NCBI RefSeq assembly: GCF_032062105.1
Contig: NW_026938165.1
Coordinates: forward strand, 62,001-115,816
Source: Saccostrea cucullata
Taxonomy: Eukaryota
Length of the DNA: 53,816 nucleotides
Direction: 5' to 3'
The position numbers were made by a program, and so were the translations under genes. Each line of letters opens with the position of its first letter. Positions within the stretch are counted from its first letter, which is position 1. Below the pieces are notes generated by a model. That model did no database searches. It was not told the origin of the DNA and saw only the letters and a list, made by a program, of their open reading frames with translations. Shown here one piece after another: positions 11,901 through 23,055 of this stretch.

Positions 11901-14900
11901 TGAACTCCCAATTTTTAACAACGTAATACTGTTTGGAAAGAAAGATTATAGGTATTTATGCCTGGTGTTCATAATGATATTTTAACTAAACAGGCTGAGC
12001 CTCGTGGATCCCTAAGATAATCATTATGCTGTTTACCATATGGGTTTGTATCCTTGATTAAGGGTAATCACCCAAGAACCCTGCAACACTGTATCTGATG
12101 GTGTATATTCTACGTCACTTGATCCGAAGCCGAGCTGATCTGTCACCATGACAACACTGTGTGAACCAGCTTACAAGAGAGGAAAAAATCATTTTTGAAA
12201 AACCTTTTATCATGTTCTCTTTTCCTTATATCATTTAGCACAATGACTATGATATTATTTCCGTCGACCTCCAATTGGACCTACGTAGTTACGAATGAAA
12301 TTTGTACAAAAGGGATTAATTTGATTGTCATTAACATACTTGCTGTATCACTAACACATGTAACAGGAGTTGTGATTGGACATTTCTCATCCTGGACCGC
12401 ACAGACACAATGGCCCTCACAAGTGTAAGCGTCACAGCGCCGTACCAAATGGAGAGGCCCGCCAGCCTCTTTCTTAAACATGAAATGAATGATGGCACTT
12501 TTCAGACCAGCCTGTGGAAAAAATGCAATATTTTTCAGTCAATCATTAATTGATAGCATTAAAGATTGAATTGGACAACGTAAATTTGAAGTATTATACC
12601 ATATTTTCTGCCCACATGTGAACATAGACATATCTATGACGAGTGAGACTCTGAGTGGGGATGATACTGGTTTGAACAACACCCTCCCCGCCTTTGTTTA
12701 TCCCCGTATCGTTGTGAGAGGTAACGAAAGGAATTCCTGGTTCCTATGGAATAAATCATATCCCATTATATAAACACATTTCTTTGTTTCAATCATTTAA
12801 TTCCACTGATATGTTTATTTTATAATTTATCCTTTTTAATTTGACAGACCTGATTTAGGTCCGATAAAAAGAAGGAGGACCCTATGTTGATGCTGTAATG
12901 GCGAATGTTCGAATGGCTATCATCGAACCCTATCCAAGCAAGGAGAACAGACACCGTCTTTTTATAGGTCCATGTCATGTGACCATCAACATGGCGCGAG
13001 AGATTTGCGGCATGGTCAGTCTGGACTGCAAACATTCCTGGAATTGGAAATGAAATTTGTGTAAGGGCCATATTCTCTAATATTCATTCTCTCCATACGA
13101 ATGTTTCAATTCCATAGCTAAAATCTTTGCAATGTGTACCTTTGTTATAAAAAAAATCATTATGAATTATAAGAAAGAAATTGTTTGAGAAAATCTGTAT
13201 CTGTACAAAATGTTACCTTTTAAAACCGGAAAAAACATTTTCATTGAACTAAAATTTATCGAAAAAATATTGAAGAAATGATAGCTATACTGGTATAGTC
13301 TGTAACACTAGGTCTTCCAGCAATCTATTGAAATTCACGTTGGTAACAATTGCGCACCGTCATTAGCAGACCTAGTAATATCATAAATTTTCAATCAATA
13401 TATACAGTGTCACACGAATAAGTTTACATTTAACATGCTGTGGCCTCCATATTGGACATTTATGTATCAAGAAGATGTAAATTAACAATTATTATTATTA
13501 CAATTATAATTGATTTAGATTATATATTTATCATGGTGAATGTTGACATCAGTGTTTTCAGACAGGTTTAAATTTTACATGCAAAAACGTCATGGCATTC
13601 GAACAACCAAGCCCTATGATAATTGTGATTTTTAAAATTTAATTGTATTTTGTAAAACAAGCATGTAGCATATTTTTTCATTACCAGCATAAACACAAAC
13701 TTATACATCTCTCACGTTAATATGAGAAGATATTATTTTACCGCCATGGCAATGTATTCTAAAACGAAGTTCCTGACAAACAAGTTGATGAAACGAATTG
13801 GTTTCTTTAAAGGGGGGCACCATTTCGTAATTTCGTTGGTCCATTCAATGCTTTTGTCAGCAAATACAATTGATCATTGATTCATATATGCTGACTGACG
13901 TTAATCATACTAAATCTGAGGCCATTATTTACACGCTGAATTGTTTGACGGATTTTTCGAGTTATTTGAAATGACAATTTTGACAAATTTTGTACTGCAG
14001 AGTTGTGAATGTTGTCGGCAATTTCTATGTAATTTTAAAAAGAAACATGATGCAATCAACTAATTTGTATTGTTTAATGGACATTAACATCCAAATAGTC
14101 AATTAATACTTTTTCATTTACAACAGATAAGTGAAGGCAATTTTAACATAGGTCAATCATTATTATTTAAAAAAATAAAAACAAGCATAATCATGCATAA
14201 TTGTGTCCGAGATAGAGATATAGGTTGCTAGCTGCATACAATCGATATATTTAGCTTTTTAGACATTATATATAATTAATTAAATATTTATTAGATTATT
14301 TTTTTAAAAATTATCTGTGTTAAAACGAATGTATCCGACAAAATATTGTTAGGATTTAAAAGAATTTCAACCAAATTATCCATGAAATAATACATTGAAT
14401 ATGTCATAGGATATCAATATTGATACAAATGACATTCATTAGTGCTGGGAAGTGGTGTCCAGTCCATATCACCGTAGTGAAAATGGTACACATCAGATCA
14501 GAATTTTAAAGATGTCAACTTCCGTCTGTGATGATTATTGTTCCGAAAAAATATGAAAAACTACAAGAACAAATGACGTAAAACATTGCGAAGACCCCAG
14601 AAAGTGAATGTTTCCAAAGGAAGTGCGACAGGATTGGAATTGAAATTATAATTGTCACTGAAATCTATCAAATATCTATAAACATTTACATCAAGGAGGT
14701 ATTGTAAAGCATAATCAATATAAAAAATGTCTGTGTTTAAGCAGTTTTTGTCTCAGTAGATGTATAGTCACGTAAATGACGTAATACATGTCAGCTGTTT
14801 GTGAGGTATATTTTAAAAGAATTTTTCATTAAAAACAACTTTCAAGAAAAAAAAACAACTTATCTTGTTAGAAACCTAATCTCGCTTTCTAATGGTAATT

Positions 14901-17900
14901 CGGGAACGACACACCTAACTCTGTAAAAAAAAAATGCAGGCAGTAGTGACGGTGCCCACACGACACAAAATAACATTAGTTTCCGTATATTAATAACATA
15001 CCTGTAACTGCAAAAGTGTCTCAATATGTGTCTCATCTATTTTTAGATTAAGTGTTTTGTTATTCTGCATTTCAATTATTTGTATTTTGCTTCATTTAAA
15101 TAGAAAAATATATGGGGGGGGGGGGGAATTTTATCAAGATGTACAATTATGACTACCAATGAACAAGTTTATATCAAGAATTTAATTTCAAACTAGAGAC
15201 AGTCCTTTCCTATTTTCTGTTGATCTCCTCTCGACTTTGACCGTTGGTAGATCGTTTACAGCCGATATCAACGCATGTGACTGCGCATTGCTTAGAAAAC
15301 AAAACGCACAGACTTCTATAGCTGAGGTGGATAAACTATGTAAATCATACACATAACATTACAATATAGTATAATAATTATTTCTACAAGTCTAGGAAAT
15401 CATGCCTGTTAGACAGTACTACTACATTGAACTACTAAATTCTGGGATCCCTTCCCGGAAATTCGTGTTTTTTACCTCCCGCTTGAAAATCAGGAGGGTT
15501 ATAGTAATCCATATGTCCACCCGTCTGTCTGTCTGTTACGCTTTAAGGGTACCCGTCTGTTATCCGCATATCTTATTATACCACTGAATGAAAGAGCCAT
15601 AGCTGCCTTACCGACGACTCGGCCTACTCGAGTATTTAAAAGGAAATCACCTGTTTCTATTTATAGATACATGCACCTTTTCAATTCAAAATCAAACTAC
15701 ATGTATATGTAATCATTTGTGAACCAGTGTTATATTTTCATAGTTGCAAGTTTGTAGCATGACAGTAATTTTACTTGTCCAATACTCTTATTCTAAACAA
15801 GATTGTTTGAAAATTTTGAAGATAAAACAGGCTACCTGCTATGACTTTGGGTCATTAAAATAGTTTAAGACTGTTTTTCCCCATAGATACTTTCAATGTG
15901 TTATGTTGCATTATATATCTCTTTTAAAAATTATTTATACATGAATTATAAAATAATAAAAGAAAACATATGAAAATGCACACACAGAAAAAAAAAATCG
16001 TAAGTAAGTAACACGCACTGTACTGTGAGACTCGAACTCACGATCATTATGTCTTCAATCCAGCAATCATACCACTACGCCACGAAGTCATTGTAATCAA
16101 TTGGATAAAATGAAGACAGATTGTTGAATTGTGAAATAATTTTAGAAGAAAAATTAAATACATATTTTCAACATTTTCAATATGAAGACAACCTTTAACC
16201 AAAATTATCTAGATGTAATGAAGTGCAGTCATATCCAAACAAAATTATTCAGAATTTGTTTTTCTGGTTAAGGATGGTCTTCTCCTACAGTTTGTCATTG
16301 TTTAGGGGGATACCTCAGTGTTTACTATATTTTCCATATAAACTGAACGATTTTTATAACTATCATATGAGGGAACTATTAATAATTGGGTATTATTTTT
16401 GTGTGAGTTGCTTTAAGGCATGTATAAACAAACATTGTATGACAAAGTTTTGGTTAAACAAAGAATTTAAAAAATCACTACTAGAGTAGGCGAAAGTGAC
16501 TATCAAATGCGCTATGGCTCTTCAATGAAACTTTCACAGAATCTTAATAACAAATTGCCATTGTGCACCTTTTATTTTACTTTTTGATCAGACACATGTT
16601 TTGGGTTTCTAACGGCAAAACATAAAAGAGAGGTACCCCCAAAGCGAAACAGACGGACAGACATCCCGATCACTATATACCCTCCCACTTTTCAACCGAG
16701 GGTAAAAATCTAAAATCAAAGAAAATTGAAGGAGGCATATCATATAACCCCAAAATAGGGAGTAATTAATATGTTCATAAAAAGACCCAACACGTATAGG
16801 GCTGTCATTTGTTGGAATGAAAGGGGGAGATCTGCTTTTTCATTGCCAAAAAAAATTGCCAACTTCATAAACTATACGTTCAATTTTTTAAGTACTCACC
16901 TCATTTCATCTGGATGAATAAAGTTTCGTAGACTAGCGTGTTTGCTGCAATCGTTTGTCAAAAAATTATATATTTCTGAAAATTATTAAACTATTTCAAA
17001 CTATCAACGATGTATGATGAATTGAAAGATAGTTCAAAATGGTTTACTGGAATATTTGCAGGATTAAGTAAATAGTTCTCGGTTAAGAGAATTTACAGTT
17101 TTCATTTCACGTAACGTTAAAATCAGTAACGTCGTGATGACATCGTTACGTCAAAAGTTGTAATTATTGAAGAAAATGCACCATTTTCCCAAACCTCTGG
17201 TGGAAAAACGGTAAGAGATAATTCCAAAAAATAAAATGATTTTGAAAGGACACATCGTGGGCATGTTTGTAAAAAACTTCAATCAAATTTAGAGACAGGG
17301 CCGCCTCGTTATATATACCGTACCCAGTTCTTTGTTAAAATATCTGTTATGTTCATCGTACATTTTAAAACTATTTAGGAATGAAATTATTTTTTTTTCC
17401 AAAATATAATATAAACTTAGCCTCTTGTTTTCATGTATATAGAATTAATCAATGATCATGTGGGATAAGGAACTGCTAATACCCTCCCACAAATGATATA
17501 AATGTATTAGGGTATAAGCATATAAAGGAAAAGTAAAAAGTCATTTGCTATATTTTGCTATTTTACTTAATTGCTTTGATCTGTGAAACCTATGGAAAAT
17601 ACAGACTAAAATATAGTACATTGTAATTGTATTGTCAGCTGTTACAATTTTTTTTTTTGGATGCCAATTTTACAAAATATTCCACAGCTAGTACATATAT
17701 AAATAAAGATCATTTCAGACTCTATATAACTGAGTCTTAAAGTTGATGCACTGACTAGCAAGTAATGGATTTGCTAATAACATGCACTTTACACACAATT
17801 ACAGAATTATATAATGCAGTGTCAATTCTTCAACAGATTTATGTAAGAATAACAAAATATGATTTAAGAATATTATTCTTGTACTTGATTAATATTTATA

Positions 17901-18084
17901 CAGAGGCGTAGTCACAAACTTAAAAGTGGGGGGGCTCAACTCCAGAAATTCTTTGACAAGCAAAAAAAAAAAAAAAAAAAAAAAATTAAAAGTGGGGGGG
18001 CTCAACTCCAGAAATTCTTTGACAAGCAAAAAAAAAAAAAAAGAAAATTTAATTGAAAGTTCCACAAACTCGAAAATCCTATTT

Positions 18085-18120
<36 letters not shown>

Positions 18121-21100
18121 GAGGCGAACTTTTTTAAAGGCAAGTTACTTTCAATTCAATGAATATTTCCTATAGTAAAGGTAATGTTGGGGAAAAATTG
18201 CTGTGATTTTTTTCTTCTTTAAAAAGTGGGGGGGCACAGACATACTCTTGCCCCCCCAGATCTGAAAGTGGGGGGGCTAGTGCCCCCGCTGCCCCCCCTG
18301 TGACTACGCCTATGTTATAACTGATTTCATATAACTACACATTAGCGAAGAAGAAAAACTTGTTTTACATAAGGAATGATAAATGAATATAATAGCTACC
18401 CAAATAATACTGTATAACCTGGTTTGGGGTAGTTTATGCTTTATAAACCAAGAAGCGGTTGATAAAAAAAGAGTAAACTGTTCCAACCCAGGGTATTCCA
18501 GTTCAACTTGGTTAGCAATTAAAAACATTCTTTATAAATTACATCTTTAAAGAATAACATTATAAGCTGAATAAGACATCTTTAACGTAAGTCATTGTGA
18601 CATGAGCAACCTAGCTGGTATATAATTTAAATTTAATCTTTTATCCAATCAAATGACAATTTGCAACCAAAATTAATTTATATTAAAATAATGGTGATTG
18701 TGCATTGACTAAAATTTTTAATTATTACACGTTATGTGAATTTTTTAAAATTTTTGATGAATGTGCATGTACACAAGGACTACATGTACATGTAACTGAA
18801 ATTCCTACAAAAGCTTACTTATTGAAACATAGCTTAAGATGTTATTTTTTTTGTGATTTTTAAAATTGATATGTTTATATCATCTGTCCTTAAATTATTA
18901 AAAACACACCACATCATCTGTGAGCAAATATAAATGTACAAGTGAAATCTGACAGGTCGGGAGCTGGCTCGGAGTAGGTCACATGACCCCAATCTGCTCC
19001 TACATCGACCCTCCAACGCCCCCTCTCTGGAGAAAGGTATCAGAGTAGTGGACAGGTGCTAACAGATCTTCTTGTCTGGGGAAATACATGTACCATTCAA
19101 AATGTTCCCACGCTTGAAAATGACCCTAAATCATGTGAAAATTTTAAGGAGAGGAAATTATCAATTTCAAGAATATCAGGAAATAAAAAAAATAAATACC
19201 GGTAATCCAAATAATTATTTTGAGATTTTAAATCATGAATCCCAATATAGAGGCCATTGACTTTCATTCATAGTAGTGTTTTGACCATACAAGAAGATCT
19301 GCAGGGTTTAGTGTGCTTTCATTTGCTTTTGTAGACCTGCCTTCCTGTAGTCCATGTATTTAGTTTTTTCTGGGTTCTTTTATTTTATTTTATTTTAGTC
19401 CTTACGTTTTTAGCTCTACTGGTCAGAGACCAGAAGAGCTTATGCGATAGTAATGTGTCCGTCGTCCGTCCGTCTGTCTAGCTGTCTGTCTGTCCGTCTG
19501 TAAACAATTTTTCAAAACACTACTCCTCCTTCAGTTTTTGTCTGATTTCAATATAACTTGGCACACAAGTAGACTACATTAAGATACATAATTCTGTGTA
19601 TTGGTTTTTGATTTCGATGAACGGTGTTGCGGTGGTTACTAAAAATAGAAATTTTTGTGAAAATCCTTTAAAATGCTACTTCTCCTACAGTTTAAGTCTG
19701 ATTTCAATATAACTTGGCACAAAAGTAGATTACACTAAGATACATAATTCTATTTATCGGTTTTTGATTTCGATGAACGGTGTTGCCGTGGTTACTAAAA
19801 ATAGAAATTTTTGTGAAAATCATTCAAAATGCTACTCCTCCTACAGTTTTGGTCTGATTTCAATATAGCTTGGTACACAAATAGACTATACTAAGATACA
19901 TAATTCTGTATATCGGTTTTCGATTTCGATGAACGGTGTTGCCATTGTTACTAAAAATTTGTGAAAATCATGCAAAATGCTACTCCTCCTACAGTTTTAA
20001 CCTGATTTCAATATAACTTGGCACACAAGTAGACTACACTAAGATACATAATTCTATTTATCAGTTTTTGATTTCCATGAACGGTGTTGTCATGGTTACT
20101 AAAAATTGAAATACATTCAAAATGCTACTCCTACCACAGTTTTGGTCTGATTTTAATATAACTTGACACACAAGCAAACTACACTGAGATACATAATTAT
20201 CAGTTTTGTGTTTTGGATTTTGATGATTTATGTTGCCATAGTAATTTAAATTGAACAATCTGTAAAATTTTATGAAAAGCTTCTCCTACAGTTGTAGTCT
20301 TATTGCAATCTTGCCTCAAAAAGAGACTTAATCAAGGATCATTAATCTATTTATTGCTCTAGCTTGTAAAGTTTTAAGTCCCACCTGCTACTTTTCTCTT
20401 TCTTTATTATAAGTACAAACCAGTAGAGCTACATTCTCGACAGAGACTTCTGTTTAGCTTAGTGTGCTTCTGATTAAAACAAAAAAACTTCATTGTTTAT
20501 GTTTATTTAGTTGAAAATTAACTAGTGAAAGCGTAAATAATTATGAAAAAAGAAGTTTTTCCTTATACTTGAGTTGTGATGTTCTTTATAATTTGTTAAT
20601 CATTTTAGTAGAAGTTTTTGCAGCTAACTATGCATATATACCTTTAAATGTATTATAAAATTATATCATGACAAAACTCTAATATTTCTCCCCTTTAATT
20701 GTTTGAAGTTATATCTGTAACACATAACAACACTAGTAATGTACAGGATTAGTTGTAGATTTAATAAATTTACTGATAGATGTATGGTGCAGTAGATTCC
20801 AAATTATACGCGAGGAATCAATTATAATTGTGTAATTGCTTGAGAAGCATCACTGGTGAAATAGAATATTGTGCTTTTATTTTTATGATGCTGAAATACA
20901 TGTAAATTCTCTAGATCAACCATCCAATCATGAAATATTATTCTCATGTTTTGCTGTTCAATAGCTTTTTCGTGAGAAAAAGTACTTGCGAAAAATAAGG
21001 AATCTACAGTACTCTAATGTTAAGAATTTAAAAATAATGAACTCTTTATAACTTTATGCATAAGCTACATGTACAATGTAATTCTATGCATATTTTTGTA

Positions 21101-22783
21101 TCTCCTTAGGAATGTGTATAAACTATGACATTTGAAATTTTTCAGAGCACTGCCATCTCAAATTCATGCGTATAAATTTTAGATCATGATTGCAAATAGT
21201 TCCTGCGCTAGATTATAATGAGCAAGCACAGACTGCTTACATGTTATATGTGCATGTGTCAGCAATTCATATTGTAAATAAAAGATTATTCATTGAATGC
21301 AACAGAGCATTTTGAGATTGAATAAGCTGGTTATTTATTGCCTGTGTTTGTTTTCTGTCTTTTCATTTTCCTGTATTTATTTTTCCAGTTCCAGAGGAGG
21401 CCACCCCCCACCCTGACTGGTATGACCCAAACATTCTTGATGACCGAGAACTCCAGTGTGGGAGCTACAAGACTCTTCTTACATTTTCATCTTATGTGGT
21501 GAGTGGATTTTCTGTATTTGGAGTGAAATTGATGCTTGAACCAAGGATGAATGGACATACTTGCATTCAGGTTTCTGTTGAAAGTTGTTAATTTTCCCTA
21601 ACTGGATAGAAAAGTTCAAATCAACTGCATCTTCTGCCCACATACTGCTTATTTTTTTCCTATCTGATTTTAGAACCAATGACATTTTACTCCAAAGCTT
21701 AAAATAATTTTAAAAATATTTTAAAATACTACTTCAAGATTTCTTTGTACTGCAGTATATTTCCTGCCATATGTTTATCTTGAAATATGAAGCGTTTTTT
21801 CCACCTATTTTTAGACATCGGTGATAGACTATGTGAAACCTTCAACACTTAAGAAAGAAATTAATGAGAAGTTTAGAGAAAAGTATCCAGCCATTCAGTT
21901 GACCTTGACTAAATTGAGAAGGTCAGTCCATCATATTTTAATGTTGTATTACAATGTAAATGTTAAAAAACAAATGTATTTCATTACAAAAACATGTTAA
22001 GATTCCAATTGCTTTTCAGCCTTAAAAGAGAATTAAAAGTGATAGCAAATACAAAGGTAAGTATACCTGTACATTAGAATCAATTGTTATGTAAATGAAC
22101 TCGTTTATCTGAACTGCATTTGTTAGATTTCTTGAAAACAAAAAAAATTCTCCCCAAGTCAAATTATCAAAGTAAACATGTTTGTGAATGTAGGCATTAA
22201 TTCTTCATTATGTCATATTTTATTTTTCCAGTGTGGTTTGGACCTGTGGATCGTTGCCCAAGCTTACGTATATTTTGAGAAATTGATCTTGAAGGTATGT
22301 AATCATTATTAAAAAGTGATTCCCAATTGGAGGATTTTTTTTTTATTGAAAGTATTCACCATTTGTTCTTGGTCTATTTCAGCTGATGATTAATAAACAG
22401 AACAGAAAGTTATGTGCTGGAGCCTGTCTTCTATTGGCTGCCAAATTGAGTGACATCAAGGGGGCGGAGCTAAGTAAGCTCATAGAGGTGAGTAATTTTT
22501 TTAAATATATGTAAAACATAATAATGAAACATAATTTATTTTTATTTTTGCAGTAAGGCAAGAATTCTCACAGAAGGGGAACATTTAAGCTTTTTGAGAT
22601 GATACATTATACATTTCTTGACAAAGTATTTTCTTTTTTCAGCAAATTGAGGAAGATTTTCGATTACACAGGAAGGAGCTGCTAGTGTTTGAGTTTGCCT
22701 GTCTGGTGGCCCTGGAGTTCTCCCTACATATCCCAGACACAGAGGTGTTTCCCCATTATCAGAGACTTCTCTACCAGTCATGA
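2971..22783 (+). CDS. CABLES1: CDK5 and ABL1 enzyme substrate (Cables1/2 ortholog), multi-exon
   Basis: Exons 2971-3326 ([20 protein letters not shown]), 6878-6975, 8573-8669, 9870-9950 ([20 protein letters not shown]), 18956-19036, 21389-21498 (YDPNILDD), 21815-21921 ([18 protein letters not shown]), 22020-22056, 22232-22294 ([11 protein letters not shown]), 22383-22487 ([18 protein letters not shown]), 22643-22783 ([18 protein letters not shown]). All GT-AG. There is a phase mismatch between 9950 and 18956 (see findings). Confidence 0.92.
6430..6690 (+). mobile_element. Degenerate HINE/satellite-unit remnant
   Basis: tcttctcaagaactactggaccaga...aaactt unit start and a 3' end gtggtccaggggcctcttgtt typical of oyster Helentron-derived elements. 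Confidence 0.45.
8030..8191. mobile_element. ~160-bp palindromic (foldback) MITE
   Basis: taaggaataactgtc...gacagttattcctta ends, with internal arms atgacgatgatcaatcgattgg / ccaatcgattgatcatcgtcat. The whole element folds into one hairpin. Confidence 0.75.
10391..10453 (+). mobile_element. Left end of hAT-like non-autonomous element (TAGGGCTGGGC terminus); matching right end not found
   Basis: tagggctgggcaaaaatatcgatattttgatatattgcaatac resembles common hAT-MITE ends. Confidence 0.4.
10456..10670. mobile_element. Tc1/mariner-type MITE, 215 bp
   Basis: TIR CCGTAAATCTG ... CAGATTTACGG flanked by TA on both sides (10454-55, 10671-72). Confidence 0.8.
11137..11270 (-). pseudogene. Isolated coding fragment of an FN3-like repeat protein
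   Basis: [16 protein letters not shown]...[13 protein letters not shown] has the same repeat character as the 11479-13037 exons, but no clear splice sites. Confidence 0.5.
11479..13037 (-). CDS. Nested antisense six-exon fragment (~298 codons) of a large FN3-like repeat protein; partial duplicate or captured gene
   Basis: Exons 12850-13037, 12600-12743, 12340-12511, 12037-12169, 11710-11831, 11479-11615 are all GT-AG with consistent phases and one open frame. Motifs [61 protein letters not shown]. Confidence 0.7.
15467..15640 (+). mobile_element. Short HINE-type element
   Basis: tttttacctcccgcttgaaaatcaggaggg subterminal hairpin, GTCT microsatellite, 3' catagc...gcctactcgagt. Confidence 0.55.
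16023..16084 (-). mobile_element. tRNA-derived SINE head / tRNA-like relic
   Basis: Minus strand has A-box TGGCGTAGTGG and B-box GTTCGAGTC at tRNA-like spacing, but no intact acceptor stem. Confidence 0.5.
16480..16710 (-). mobile_element. Short HINE-type element (same family as 15467-15640, opposite orientation)
   Basis: Reverse complement reads tttttaccctcggttgaaaagtgggagggtata...gtctgtccgtctg...catagcgc...gcctactctagt. Confidence 0.6.
17901..18314. mobile_element. Non-autonomous TIR DNA transposon with poly-G/poly-A tracts and internal duplication
   Basis: TIR CAGAGGCGTAGTCACA ... TGTGACTACGCCTATG (15/16 match); ttata on both flanks; internal ~66-bp duplication at 17920-18040. Confidence 0.75.
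19407..20456 (+). mobile_element. HINE element carrying ~5 tandem satellite units of ~145-156 bp
   Basis: 5' ttttagctctactgg..ccagaagagct, GTCC/GTCT microsatellite, units ctactcctcctacagtttt.gtctgatttcaatataacttggcacaca at ~19520, 19676, 19832, 19980, 20124, and 3' ccagtagagcta inverted to the 5' end. Confidence 0.85.
20790..21009. mobile_element. Degenerate mariner-type MITE
   Basis: Ends CAGTAGATTCC ... GGAATCTACAG followed by TA. Confidence 0.55.
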
Positions 22784-23055
22784 CCCAGGTCTCCTGACCC
22801 GTCACCCCGGGGCAGTGACCTGACCTATCACCTTGAGACAATGCCCCAATACATCACATTATCAGAGACTTCTCTACCAGTCATGACCCAGGTCTTCTGA
22901 TCCGTCACTCTGGGACAATGCCCTGACCCATCACCCTGAGACAATGCCCCGATACATCACATTATCAGACTTTATCTGTGATGACTCAGGTCTCCTGACC
23001 CGTCCGGGACAATGCCCCAACCCATCACCACTGGGTCAGTGCCCCGATTCATCAC
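22754..23055 (+). repeat. ~103-bp tandem repeat (~3 copies) spanning the CABLES stop codon
   Basis: cattatcagagacttctctaccagtcatgacccaggtc at 22754 and 22857; degenerate copy at ~22959. Confidence 0.85.

Noticed and set aside
17889-18162. Poly-Lys/Gly and poly-Pro/Phe ORFs
   Set aside because: Homopolymer tracts inside a TIR element.
19500-20300. Regular repeats as a CRISPR array
   Set aside because: Eukaryotic context, long contiguous units, no unique spacers and no cas genes.
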